Source: an uncultured delta proteobacterium (GTDB taxonomy: Bacteria; Myxococcota_A; Polyangia; Polyangiales; Polyangiaceae). Taken from it: DNA of 64,000 nt. Within the stretch, counting starts at the first letter, position 1. Each line of letters begins with the position of its first letter. The DNA is taken from the NCBI GenBank assembly GCA_963841435.1, contig CAWJCS010000002.1:352001-416000 (forward strand), read 5' to 3'. The position numbers were made by a program, and so were the translations under genes. The notes under the pieces are model-generated. The model was not told where the DNA came from, searched no databases, and saw only the letters and a program-made list of their open reading frames with translations. Shown here one piece after another: positions 9,849 to 20,800 of the stretch.

Positions 9849-11165
9849 ATGGCAGTTCAGCGCTCGCGTTGCTCTCGCTCCTTCATCATCGATCAGCCAT
9901 CGATGGGAAGCGCGAGCGCTCGCCGCTCGCGTGGTCTCCTTCGAGCGCCGCTCGCGGCGGCGTCTGCGTGCGCGCTGCTCGCGTGCGCGACCGGTTGCGG
10001 TGACACCGGGCAACCGGCCGGCGCGGCGGGCAGCTCGGGGAATGTCACGGGCGGAGCGGGCAGTGGTGGCAGTTCGGGTGGAGGATCCGGCGGGAACATG
10101 GTGGGTGGCTCGGCTGGAACCGCGGGAGGCTCGGCGGGCACCTCCGCCGGCAGTGGTGGCGCGTCGGCGGGCGCGGGCGGCGCGGCGGGCATCGCGGGCT
10201 CGGGCGGCGGCGGCATGGCGGGCACGTCGGCCGAAAGTGGAGGCACCGGCAACGCGAGTGGTGCGGGCGGCGCCGCGATGGGAGGTGCTGCGGGCGCGTC
10301 GGGATCGGGCGGTGGAGCGAGCGGGGACGGTGGCAAGGCCGGCGGCGGTCCGAGCGGGGGCGGAGGCGCTGCCGGTTCGGGTGGCGCTACGCAGAGCAGC
10401 GGCTGCGGCAAGGCGCCGCCCGGCAGCGACCGCTACAGCATGGACGTGGACGGCACGATGCGCGAGTACATCCTCTCCGTTCCGGACGGCTACGACCAGA
10501 GCAAGCCGTACCGGCTCATCTTCACTTGGCATCCACTCGGTGGCTCGGCCCAGCAGGTCGCCGGATCCGGCAACAACGGCTACTACGGGCTCAAGAGCGC
10601 CTCCAACGGAGAAGCAATCCTGGTCTCGCCGGAAGGTCTGCCCTTCCAAGGCAGCAACCTCGGCTGGGCCAACACCAACGGTCGCGACATCGCCTTCTTG
10701 AGCGCCATGATCGAAAAGTTCAAAGCGGAGATGTGCATCGACGAGAGCAGGATTTTCTCCACGGGATTCAGCTTCGGCGGCATGATGTCGAACGCCGTCG
10801 GTTGCGCCGGGCTGGCCCGAGCGATCGCTCCCATGGCGGGCAACTCGCAGGTGAGCGGCTGCCAGGCGGGCACCCAGCCCGTCGCAATGATGGGCTTCCA
10901 CGGGGATCACGACTCCGTGGTCAACATCTCCGGAGGGCGGGCGGCGCGCGACGTCTTCGTGGGACGCAACCACTGCACCGACGCGACGATGCCCGCCGAT
11001 CCGGGCTGGTGCGATGGGGTCGCTCAGAACTTCCAGCCGTGCAACTGCGTGAGCTACCAGGGCTGCGACGCGGGTTACCCCGTGGTCTGGTGCGAGTACA
11101 ACGGGGATCACATGGCAGCGCCGAGCTCGGGCACCACGATCTGGAACTTCTTCGCCCAGTTCTGA
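9849..11165 (+). CDS. Feruloyl-esterase/PHB-depolymerase-like alpha/beta hydrolase lipoprotein (CE1-like); start uncertain
   Basis: Lipoprotein-like signal and Gly-rich linker, REYILSVPDGYD, CIDESRIFSTGFSFGG (GxSxG), HGDHD, C-terminal GDH...IWNFF. Confidence 0.8.
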   Translation: MAVQRSRCSRSFIIDQPSMGSASARRSRGLLRAPLAAASACALLACATGCGDTGQPAGAAGSSGNVTGGAGSGGSSGGGSGGNMVGGSAGTAGGSAGTSAGSGGASAGAGGAAGIAGSGGGGMAGTSAESGGTGNASGAGGAAMGGAAGASGSGGGASGDGGKAGGGPSGGGGAAGSGGATQSSGCGKAPPGSDRYSMDVDGTMREYILSVPDGYDQSKPYRLIFTWHPLGGSAQQVAGSGNNGYYGLKSASNGEAILVSPEGLPFQGSNLGWANTNGRDIAFLSAMIEKFKAEMCIDESRIFSTGFSFGGMMSNAVGCAGLARAIAPMAGNSQVSGCQAGTQPVAMMGFHGDHDSVVNISGGRAARDVFVGRNHCTDATMPADPGWCDGVAQNFQPCNCVSYQGCDAGYPVVWCEYNGDHMAAPSSGTTIWNFFAQF

Positions 11166-11278
11166 GCGCGTCGCCGTCTTCAGCTCCAGCAGAACGGCGC
11201 GCGCGGGTGTAATCCTCGCTCGGGGTCGCCGTCAGCACCTGTGAAGCGCGCAACGAGGGACGCGAGAGCGCTCCTGTC

Positions 11279-11301
11279 TAGCTCAAAAATTAGCTCAAAA
11301 A
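11279..11301. repeat. AT-rich direct repeat TAGCTCAAAAA x2 (period 12)
   Basis: Copies at 11279 and 11291, intergenic upstream of the GH5 gene. Confidence 0.7.
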
Positions 11302-11502
11302 ACACTAGCCCGCGGGGTAGGGGTCTATTTGTGACCAGCGCCGCTCGACTGCCCGTGCGGAGCGCGGGTGCCGCGCGCGGGCTGATACGGAAACTCGAGG
11401 TTGCAAGCGTCGATGGTCGGGGTTTCGTCGCGGCCCGGCGCGCACCATTCGCCCGGCTTCGGGCAGGGTCGATCGGACCGCCCGCGCCGATGTAGAGTTC
11501 AA

Positions 11503-12696
11503 ATGGTCATGGTGCGCCCGGCCCCCTTTTTTGCTCGCATGTTGGCCGTTGCTCTGTCGATGGCGACCGCAGCGTGTCTGACGCCATCGCCCGCACCGTG
11601 CCCGCCCACGGCTCCATCCGCCACGTTCACACCCGCTGCCCCGCCTCAAGCCGTCGAAGCGAGCGTCCCGCTCGAGTCGATGACGGAGCTCGACGCGTGG
11701 GACGCGGTTTTGCGGATGAGCCCGGGCATCAACATCGGCAATACCCTCGAGAACACCACGCACTGGGAAACCGGCTGGGGCAATCCAGTCATCACCGAAG
11801 AGTACGTCCGGAGCCTCGGGGCGCTCGGCTTCAAGACCGTCCGCCTCCCCGTGGCGTGGAATACGTACGCAGTCGACGGTCGTATCCAACCCGAAAAGCT
11901 CGCGCGTGTTCGTGAGGTCGTCGATTGGATCACGAACGCCGGCATGTTTTGCGTCCTCAACGTTCACTGGGACGGCGGCTGGATCGATTCGAGCCAGAAG
12001 GGAAAATACCAAAAGCTCCACGTCTTCAGCAGCGAGGCCGAAGAAAAATATCGCTCCTACTGGAGCCAGATCTCGAGCTACTTCGCTGGCAAGAACGAGA
12101 AGCTGATCTTCGAAGCGCTGAACGAGGAGACCAACTTCGAAAACGAAGGCTCTCTCGACAAAGCCTACGCGACGCTCACGCGCGTGAACCAGCTCTTCAT
12201 CGATACCGTGCGCAAGACCGGCGGCAACAACGCGAAGCGACTGTTGATTGTCACCGGTTACACCACGGACATCACGAAGACCTCGAGCCCCCTCTACCTT
12301 CTCCCGAAGGACACCATCGCGCACCGACTTTTCATCTCCGTCCACTACTACACCCCGTGGCCGTTCGTCGGAATGACCGAGGACGCGAGCTGGGGGAAGA
12401 TGGCGCCGACGTGGGGAAGCCCGAGCGACAGAGAGGAGCTCAATCGTCTCTTCGACATGATGGGCGAGTTCTGCTCCAAGCACGACATTCCGGCGTTCAT
12501 CGGAGAGTTCAGCGCCACCGAAAAGAAAGAGTCTGCTTCGCGCGTTCGCTGGCTCTCCGCCGTCATGGACGCCGCGCGAGCCAGGAAGATGGTCCCGGTA
12601 CTCTGGGATACCGGCAGTGCGGTTGCTCGGCTGCCGCCCCATGTTCCCAGTGCCGATCTGCAAGAGGTGCTGCAGCACCTCGCGGCACCGCAATGA
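11503..12696 (+). CDS. Glycoside hydrolase family 5 endoglucanase/hemicellulase lipoprotein
   Basis: GINIGNTLE, GFKTVRLPVAW, LNVHWD, FEALNE (acid/base), HYY, FIGEF (nucleophile), LWD. Confidence 0.92.
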   Translation: MVMVRPAPFFARMLAVALSMATAACLTPSPAPCPPTAPSATFTPAAPPQAVEASVPLESMTELDAWDAVLRMSPGINIGNTLENTTHWETGWGNPVITEEYVRSLGALGFKTVRLPVAWNTYAVDGRIQPEKLARVREVVDWITNAGMFCVLNVHWDGGWIDSSQKGKYQKLHVFSSEAEEKYRSYWSQISSYFAGKNEKLIFEALNEETNFENEGSLDKAYATLTRVNQLFIDTVRKTGGNNAKRLLIVTGYTTDITKTSSPLYLLPKDTIAHRLFISVHYYTPWPFVGMTEDASWGKMAPTWGSPSDREELNRLFDMMGEFCSKHDIPAFIGEFSATEKKESASRVRWLSAVMDAARARKMVPVLWDTGSAVARLPPHVPSADLQEVLQHLAAPQ

Positions 12697-13853
12697 TCGC
12701 GCCACGCGTGCTCGTCTTGCTCGGGACGGAGGCCGCCTGGTCGCGCGGCGTCCTCCGCGGCTTCATGACGATCGCCCACGAGCGGGACTGGACGTTGCTT
12801 CACTACGACCCGGGCTCGGACTTGAAGTGGGTGGCCCGCGAGTGGGCCCCGACCGCCGTGGTGTTCGGCCCGGAGCTCGAGCCGGCGGCACTGGCCCGGC
12901 TCTCCCCCGCGGCGCTGATTTCGGTGACGGTCGATCGCAGCGAAAGTGGCATCGCCTCCGTGTGCCTCGACGAGGAAGGCATCGCGGCACTCGCGCTCGA
13001 GCATCTGATCACGCGGGGGTTCCGACGCGTGAGCACCTTCCGCTACGACGAGTCACCTTTCGCCGTGGCGCGAGAGCACGCGTTCGTCGAGCGCGCGCGG
13101 GCGGCGGGTCTGGACGTCACGGCGGGTTGGGGCAACGGCGACTACACGAGGTCCGAGCGGCAGGAACGCCCTGCCGCCATGGTGGCATGGTTGCGCTCGC
13201 TGCCGAAGCCCTGCGGTGTGTTCACCTCCACGGACGGATGGGCGCGCGCCGTGGCGCGCTACGCGCGCGAAGCCGGACTGCGAGTTCCGGAAGACGTCGC
13301 GCTCGTCGGTGCCGACAACAACGTCCTCGGATGCGAGCTGCTTTCGCCGCCGCTCTCGAGCGTGATCATTCCGTGGAACGATGTCGGCCGGCAGGCGGCG
13401 ACGCTCGTCCGCCTCGCTCTCTCCAAGCAGCCGATCGCGGGGAGACGCGTCGTCGTTTCTCCGCTGACCGTCGCGGCGCGACGCTCCTCGGACGTGCTGG
13501 CGGTCAACGATGTGCTCGTCGCTCGCGCCGTCACCTGGATCCGTGAGCACGCGGACCGGCGCCTCACCGTAACGATGGTGGCTCGCGCCGTGGGTGGCGG
13601 CCGGCAGCGCCTCGAGCGGCGCTTTCGGCGCTCGCTCGATCGCACGATTCAACAAGAGATCCGGCGGGCGCACGTCGAAAGAGCGAGGCACTTGCTTGCC
13701 ACGACGCGTTCCAGCATGGCCGAGGTCGCAAGACGAAGCGGCTTCACCAGTGCTTCACTGCTCAACGTGGCGTTCCAGCGCGAGCTCGGCATGCCGCCTG
13801 GAACGTACCGTCGTCGGCTGCAGAGGCAGCAGGATGATCGTGACGACGACTGA
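12693..13853 (+). CDS. xylR: XylR-like regulator (LacI-type sugar-binding domain plus AraC HTH)
   Basis: LRVPEDVALVGADN...SPPLSSV, LERRFRRSL, VARRSGF...FQRELGMPPGTYR; ATGA overlap with GH5. Confidence 0.85.
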   Translation: MIAPRVLVLLGTEAAWSRGVLRGFMTIAHERDWTLLHYDPGSDLKWVAREWAPTAVVFGPELEPAALARLSPAALISVTVDRSESGIASVCLDEEGIAALALEHLITRGFRRVSTFRYDESPFAVAREHAFVERARAAGLDVTAGWGNGDYTRSERQERPAAMVAWLRSLPKPCGVFTSTDGWARAVARYAREAGLRVPEDVALVGADNNVLGCELLSPPLSSVIIPWNDVGRQAATLVRLALSKQPIAGRRVVVSPLTVAARRSSDVLAVNDVLVARAVTWIREHADRRLTVTMVARAVGGGRQRLERRFRRSLDRTIQQEIRRAHVERARHLLATTRSSMAEVARRSGFTSASLLNVAFQRELGMPPGTYRRRLQRQQDDRDDD

Positions 13854-13890
13854 CGAGTCCGCAGCAAGGGGACGAAGGGCGTCCCGATGT

Positions 13891-14982
13891 TCACGGGCTC
13901 TGAGTTAGAAGCCCGAGGCGCCAAGGAATGCGATTGTAGTCGCCGCCCGTGTCGGCCGTGGGATCGTCGCCCTGAAAGAGGTAGCGCATGTTGCAGGGCT
14001 CGATCTCGAGCGTCTGGTCGTAGCCTGAGCGGAGCATCTCGCCGTGGCTGATGTCCTCTGTCCACGGCGCTCCCTCGAACGTGACGTTTCGCTCTCCGGC
14101 GAAAGGAAACGAGCCGCTGCCCTGCCACGGCAGCCACGGTCCCTCGAGGTCGTCCGCGATCCACGAGCGATAGTAGCGGTGGTTGTTCGAAGTCTGGTCA
14201 AAGGCCTCGATCAGCGCGAGATACTGAGTCCTGCCCTTGATTTTGTAGACATTCGAACCCTCGAAGAGTCGGCCGTGATTCGTGTCTCGAAGGACGACGA
14301 CCGGCTCCTCGAAGCCCATCGGAAAGGTATCGATGCGCGTCTTGCTCTTGTAGTAGAGGCCCTCGTTGCTCGAGAAGAACAGGTGACACCACGCCGAGTC
14401 ACAGATCACCCAATAGTCGAGCCACCCGCCGCCGTTCTCGGTGATGATCGCGGGCGTCGCCGAGAAGAAAGGTGCCGGGGGCGACCACCCCGTCGGATCG
14501 CCGGGGTCGTCCGCCGTCGAGTACATCGGCGGGCCCGACTGAAAGACGAGATACCACTTGTTTTGGGGCCTGAAGTAAAAGAGCTCCGGAGCGGCGACGT
14601 AGGTGTCGAAGCCGGGCGTCTGATCCATGTAGGAAAACGACGCACTCGACGGGTCCGACCAGTCCGTGAAGCTCGTGTAGACCAGGTTGTACGTCCCCGT
14701 GGTCGAGACGGAGCTCGCGTACACGTGCCAGCGGTCGTTGAAGTACACCGGCGACGGATCCTTCACTGCCAGGAGGTCGTGCGCGGCGTCCGAGATCGGC
14801 GCGATCAACGGCCCGGTTCCCGTCCACCGGACGCTGGGCGCAAGCTCACAGGTCCCGTCGCCCCCGTTGTCCGGAGCACTTTCCGTCTCGGACGACGAAC
14901 AGGCGAAGAGTGGAAGCCCGCTGCAAGCTAGATAGGCGATTTCGAGCGCGCCAAGTCGAATCTTTCGAGCTCGCGTGGTCAT
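13891..14982 (-). CDS. GH62 alpha-L-arabinofuranosidase lipoprotein
   Basis: VKDPSPVYFNDRWHVYAS, APELFYFRPQNKWYLVFQ, LDYWVICD, LFEGSNVYK, WTEDISHGEMLRSGYDQ, PWRLGLLT. Confidence 0.92.
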   Translation of the reverse strand: MTTRARKIRLGALEIAYLACSGLPLFACSSSETESAPDNGGDGTCELAPSVRWTGTGPLIAPISDAAHDLLAVKDPSPVYFNDRWHVYASSVSTTGTYNLVYTSFTDWSDPSSASFSYMDQTPGFDTYVAAPELFYFRPQNKWYLVFQSGPPMYSTADDPGDPTGWSPPAPFFSATPAIITENGGGWLDYWVICDSAWCHLFFSSNEGLYYKSKTRIDTFPMGFEEPVVVLRDTNHGRLFEGSNVYKIKGRTQYLALIEAFDQTSNNHRYYRSWIADDLEGPWLPWQGSGSFPFAGERNVTFEGAPWTEDISHGEMLRSGYDQTLEIEPCNMRYLFQGDDPTADTGGDYNRIPWRLGLLTQSP

Positions 14983-15005
14983 GGTGGGTCTCCGTAGACG
15001 GCGCG

Positions 15006-15890
15006 TCAGTAAAATCGCAAGTTGTTGACGGCGATCGTGTAGGCGCCGGGCTCGAGCATGTAGTCGGGTGGCGGATAGCTCATGAAGGGTTGAATCACCA
15101 GGCGCACGATGTTCTGCCCGGTCACTGGCACGCAGGAGGCCTCGCTTCCAATGCCGGGTGTGAGGACGCTCCACGGCAGTTGAAATCGCGTCCATGTGGT
15201 GGCGTCCGGCGGGAGCGCCAGTTCCACGGCGGCGTCCTTGCAGTCGCTCGCCGTCGGGTTGTCACAGAGTCCACGGTCAGCGGTCGGGATCGTGTCGAGC
15301 ATGCCGAGACTCACGCCGAACCTGCCGGATGGAGAGGCACCCCTGATCGAGAGCTCCAACCCCTGATATTCCCGAGCGTCCACGCAAGCGGGCGTCGAGC
15401 CGTTGTCCGGGAAATAGAACGAGAGCAGTCCACCCCAATTCATCGCATTGGTGTTTGCGATCTGCAGAGCGTAGCCGCTGTCGCCCTCGCCGGTCACCAT
15501 CGCGGTCGTGATGACTCCCGTCCCGCCGTTCATGTCGGAGCCGTCGCCGACGTGCAAAAAGGCGCCGAGCACCGCATCGTCCGCCGGCGGAACCGCGTTG
15601 AGATAGAAGGTGTAGCTCGCCGGTGCCCCACCTGCGTAGTCGTCGAAGTCGGCGATCGTCGGCATGCTCACGCGGCTGCACTGAGCAGTTTCGGCAGGCA
15701 ATGGAGCCGCGACGCCGCACTGGTTGAAGTTCTCCCCGCCGATGCCTGGCGCTCCGGTGCCGCCCGTGCCGCCCGTCGAGTCCGGGCCGCCGCCCGACGG
15801 TTCGGCGCCGTCGCCACCACATGCCGCGAGGGTGTGGAGGGTCAAGACCAGGGTGGTGAGGGTAAGAAAGCGGGGGAACGGACGTTGCAT
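15006..15890 (-). CDS. Lipoprotein with carbohydrate-binding-like (CBM11/galactose-binding fold) domain
   Basis: Lipobox LAAC; IADFDD, WGG, CVDAREYQGLELSIRG, WTRFQLPWS, IAVNNLRFY. Confidence 0.6.
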   Translation of the reverse strand: MQRPFPRFLTLTTLVLTLHTLAACGGDGAEPSGGGPDSTGGTGGTGAPGIGGENFNQCGVAAPLPAETAQCSRVSMPTIADFDDYAGGAPASYTFYLNAVPPADDAVLGAFLHVGDGSDMNGGTGVITTAMVTGEGDSGYALQIANTNAMNWGGLLSFYFPDNGSTPACVDAREYQGLELSIRGASPSGRFGVSLGMLDTIPTADRGLCDNPTASDCKDAAVELALPPDATTWTRFQLPWSVLTPGIGSEASCVPVTGQNIVRLVIQPFMSYPPPDYMLEPGAYTIAVNNLRFY

Positions 15891-16835
15891 GGCGGGTGCT
15901 TCTTCCATGAGCGGCACCGTCGGCGGCACGTTGCCGAGCTTGCTCCTCATGACGCGTAGAGTGCCGCCCAAGTGGGGCCTACCAAAGGAGCTCGAAATCC
16001 ACGGTGGGGGGCTCGTTGGCTCGACTCGCGAGCGAGCCAACGGTGGCTGAGTAGCAACGAAGACGAGCCGGAACAAGTGAGCTTCATCGCGCGAAGCGAC
16101 GAGACGCAACCGCTCACGGTCGGTGACGCACGTGCACAGCGACGACGGCGAGCGCGAGCTCCTTCGAGCCGCGCGCTCGCTCATGGTTTGCGATCGGAAT
16201 GGGTTTTTCGGAGCGATGCGCCCCGAGCGAGCCGGCCATCGGGTGACCCGAAACCGCACTTTGGCGATCCAAGATACGCAACGCACAATCCTCCGCCTGC
16301 GCGCCGCGAAAAACTCGAGCTCGGCTCGACGCCGAGAGTGGCGAGACGCCGATGGGATGCACGCGCCGGGCTCGGCCGCTAGTCGCCGTCCCAATCGGCA
16401 CGCCGCGTATTGCAAATCCGACCACCTCTCATGATTCGTCGCGCCACGGACGATCGTGCAGCCCGGGGGACCCCGGAGGGCAGAGCGCAACGCAAGCGAA
16501 CCGCGCGAGAAGCGGCGATGCTCGCTTTTCTGACCTCGCCGGCGGGGTTTCGCATTCGTGCGTGCTCTTTGCGCGGGGCAAGGAGGCGGCTCGTGCAAGA
16601 TGCGACCGCACGCACGGTGCCGCGCGGCTCGTGCGCTCGCGCGAGTCCGTTGCAGAAGTGTCAGGTCATCGAGCGCGTCGCAACGCGCGCGAGCTTCTCG
16701 AAACCGTAATGCGTCTGCCGCGCGTGTGGCCGTCGTCGTCTCGCGCGCACGCGACGGTGCGCGCCGACCTCTCACTTCGCCTTGGGTGTCGCTTTTGGTT
16801 TACACGCGAATCGCGCGGTGGTACGAGGTCCGTGC

Positions 16836-17528
16836 ATGTCGGGGTTGCGGACGGCATTGGCGTTGGGGCTTTCGTTCGGTCTCGCTGCGGGCTGCGGCGG
16901 CGACGACGACAGTTTCGGGAACGGCTCGAGTGCCGGTACATCGGGCACCAGCGCCGGCAGCGGCGGCAGCGCCGCAACCTCCGGAAACGGCGGCAACAGT
17001 GGCAAAGGCGGCTCCGGGAGCGGTGGCAGCGCAGGCAAGGGTAGCGGCGGTAGCTCCACCGGTGGCAGCGCGTCCGGCAGCGGCGGAGCGGGCGGAAGCT
17101 CGGGCAGCTCTGGCGGTGATGCAGGCGCGCCCGCGGGCGGTGAGGCGCCTGGCGGCAGCGGCGGCGCCAGCGGCGCTGGCGGCACCCGTGGCGGCTCCGG
17201 CGGAAGAGGTGGCTCCGGAGGCAGCAGTGGCGCTTCGAACGAGTGCCCCGGCTCGCTCATCGGCGGCGCCTGCGTCACGACCGGACTGAGCTGCGACGTC
17301 GAGGGCGGCTGCTGTCTTTGCGACCAAATCCCGAACTGCTCGCCCGATCCGGCTTGGTACTGCCTGCTGCCGACGGACGACGTCGCTTGCGGCGACGCGC
17401 CCCCCGCCCTGATGAACGATTGCACTTCGCCGGATCTGCGCTGTCAATATTGCGAGCCTGAGGGGCCGGTCGTGCGCGAGTGCCTGAATGGCAAATGGCG
17501 CGAGGGCGCCCTCAAGATCTGCCGCTGA
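16836..17528 (+). CDS. Lipoprotein with Gly/Ser linker and C-terminal 14-Cys domain (paralogue A)
   Basis: Lipobox AAGC; Cys spacing matches 21193..21792. Confidence 0.8.
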   Translation: MSGLRTALALGLSFGLAAGCGGDDDSFGNGSSAGTSGTSAGSGGSAATSGNGGNSGKGGSGSGGSAGKGSGGSSTGGSASGSGGAGGSSGSSGGDAGAPAGGEAPGGSGGASGAGGTRGGSGGRGGSGGSSGASNECPGSLIGGACVTTGLSCDVEGGCCLCDQIPNCSPDPAWYCLLPTDDVACGDAPPALMNDCTSPDLRCQYCEPEGPVVRECLNGKWREGALKICR

Positions 17529-17800
17529 CAAGGAGTGAATGGGAGGCCGAGGCATTTTTGCCAAACGTGAATCGTCACCGTCATGGTGCGAAGGGGACAT
17601 GGGGTTTCATCGTCGAGGTGATAGGAGAGCAATCGTCGAACATAGAGTCACCCGTCGCAAGCCGGTGGCATCGTGAGATGTCGTTGCTGGCGGCGGGAAC
17701 GAGGGGTCAAAACCGGGTAGTCAGCTAGGGAATCGGGAAGAATACGGAACCAACGAATCCGGGTCTTGGGCGATCGTCGGGATTCATGCGGAGGTGTGTC

Positions 17801-20800
17801 ATGTCGTTTCGAATGGACCGAGCGAATCGGGTGGGACGGGTGTGGTCGTTGCGAGCCTTGTTGTTCGCCCTCGCAGCGCTGGCCTGTGGGACTTCGTTGG
17901 TCGGCTGCAGCAGCAAGGACTCTTCCGACGCTCCCGTCATCGAGAGCAAAGAAGGTGAGCTGTGGACGGATCTGGGGGTTACCGACCAAAAGTATTCCGA
18001 ACGCTCGCCAGCCAACTCGCGCACGTTTCGCGCGGACACCGCGCGGCTGCTGAGAGTGCTCGACGCTGCCGAGAAGGACGTTTCCGAGAAGGGCACCGTG
18101 GTGCTCGAGCTGCCGTTCCCGGACGGGACGGTGGAGAACGTCCTCGTGAAGGTTGCGCCGCTGCTCTCGCCCGAGCTCGCAGAGCAGTACCCCGAGTTTC
18201 AGACGTTCATTGCGAGCGGCCTCGACGATGCAACGGCGAGCGGCCGGCTCGATCACACGACCGCCGGCTTCCACGGCATGCTGATCACGGAGCGGGGCAC
18301 GCTCTACGTCGATCCCGCAGGCGGGGACGACCCGTCACTCTACGTCAGCTACTGGAAACCGACCGGCTCGCAGTTCGATTGCCACAACGACGCGGAGCGT
18401 GAGCTCGACGGCGGCTTCAGCACGCGGGCATTTCCGATCAATCACCCATCGGGCGCTCAGCTCAGCACGTATCGCCTCGCGGTCAGCGCCACGGGTGAGT
18501 ACACGACGTTCTTCGGCGGCGCGGCGGGTGCTGCTGCGCAGATCACCACCACCATCAACCGGGTCACGGGGATCTACGAACGTGATCTCGCGATCCGGCT
18601 CCAGCTCGTCGCCACGAACATCTACACCGACGCGGCGACCGACCCGTTCACCGGCGACAACGTGAGCGTGATGCGCGGCGAGAACCAGACCGACCTCGAC
18701 GCCGTGGTCGGCTCGTCGAACTACGACATCGGACACATCTTCAGCCAGGGCGGCAGCGGCGGCATCGCGAGCCTCGCCACGGTGTGCGGCGGGCAAAAGG
18801 CCTGGGGCGCGACCTCGCTCGGCAATCCGTCGGGCGACGCCTTCGACGTCAACTTCGCCGCCCACGAGATGGGTCACCAGTTCGGCGGCAACCACACGTG
18901 GGTCGCCTGCGTCCCGTCGCAGTTCGTGGCGAGCGCGGCCTACGAGGTCGGTAGCGGCACGACGATCATGGCGTACGCGGGCGTCTGCTCGCCGAGCGAC
19001 ATCCAGCCCCACAGCGACGACTACTTCCACGTCAAAAACTTCGAGGAAATCACTGATTTCCGCGATGGCGCGGGCGCCTGCGGCGTCGTGAGCGCGACCG
19101 GCAACACGCCGCCCACGGTGGAGGCCGGCCCGAACTGCACCATCCCGCGCTCGACGCCGTTCACGCTGACCGCGCAGGGTGACGATGCCGACGGCGACGC
19201 GCTCACCTTCACCTGGGAGCAATACGATCTCGGCGGCCAGCAGGCGTTTCCGCAGAGCACCGACGTGACGGGGCCGCTCTTCCGCTCGCGCCCGCCTTCG
19301 ACCAGCCCCTCGCGCACCTTCCCGCAGCTCGCGGATCTCTTGAGCGGGGCTCCCACGACTTGGGAGGTGCTACCGAGCGTCGATCGGACGATGAGCTTCC
19401 GCGTGACGGCGCGCGACAATCGCGCCAATGGCGGCGGCGCCGACTACGACTCCATGAGCGTGACCGTGAGCGGGAGCCCGTTTACGATCACCGCGCCGTC
19501 GAGCACGCTCGAATGCGGCGGGACGGCCAATGTCACCTGGCAGGTGGGCGGCGGCTCGATCGCCCCGAACGTCAACGTGCAACTCTCGTCGGACGGCGGC
19601 GCGACCTTCGCCAACGTCCTCGCCGGCACGGCGAACGACGGCGCGGCGAGCATCTCGGTGCCGGTGGGCCTGAGCGGCGGCCAGACGCGCATCCGGCTGG
19701 TCCCGTCGGCGGAGTGCTTCTTCGCGCTTTCCGGCCCGCTCTCGATCACGGACACGGCGGATCCGACGGTCACGGCGCCGCCGGACATCCCGGACGCGGA
19801 GTGCACCGCGGGGGGCACCGCGGTCGCCGTCGGAAGCGCGACGGCGACGGACCAGTGCGATTCGTCGCTCTCGATCACGAACGACGCGCCCGCGCTGTTT
19901 CCGCTCGGTCCGACCACGGTCACCTGGACCGCCACGGACGACAGCGGCAACGACGACACGGACACCCAGCTCGTCACCGTGGTCGATACCACGCCACCCG
20001 CGTTCACCGCGGTGCCGGGCGACATCACGACCACGACGTGCGGGTCCTTTTCGATCGGAACCGCGACGGCGACCGACGGCTGCGATACGAGCGTGACGGT
20101 GACGAACGATCGTCCGGCGCAGTTCCCGCCCGGAACGACGATCGTGACGTGGACCGCCACCGACGCCAGCGGCAACGTCGCAACCGCCACGCAAAGCGTC
20201 ACCGTGATCCTCGGCGACAACCCCGCGTGCTGCCCGGCGGGCACGAACATCATTCAGGGTAACTCGAACAACAACGTCCTGAACGGGACCAACGGCTCCG
20301 ACTGCATCCTCGGCAAGGGTGCGCAGGACACCATCAACGGCAACGGCGGGAACGACTACATCTCCGGCGGTGATGGCAACGATGTCATCAACGGCGGCGG
20401 TGGAAACGACGTGATCTTCGCCGGGAGCGGTCAGGATATCGTCAACGGCAACGACGGAGCCGACTACCTCGACGGCGGCGACGGTGACGACACCGTCTAC
20501 GGCGGCGCCGGCAACGACACGCTGCACGGCGGCCAGGGTCAGGACTCGCTCCAGGGTCAGGATGGCGACGACGCGCTGTTCGGCGACTCCGGGGACGACA
20601 ACCTCCAGGGCGGCAACGGCAACGACGCGCTCGTCGGTGGCACCAACAACGACCACTGCAACGGTGGTGCCGGAGCGAACACCATCGCGCAGTGCGAGTT
20701 CGGGGCGCCGAACGCGTGCATCGACGACGTGCAGAACGGGACGGAAACCGGGATCGACTGCGGCGGCGCGTGTCCGCATTGCCCCGAGGGCGGCGGTTGC

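Noticed and set aside
4934-11165. Gly-rich linkers as a novel repeat family
   Set aside because: Low-complexity spacers common in lipoproteins of this kind of myxobacterium
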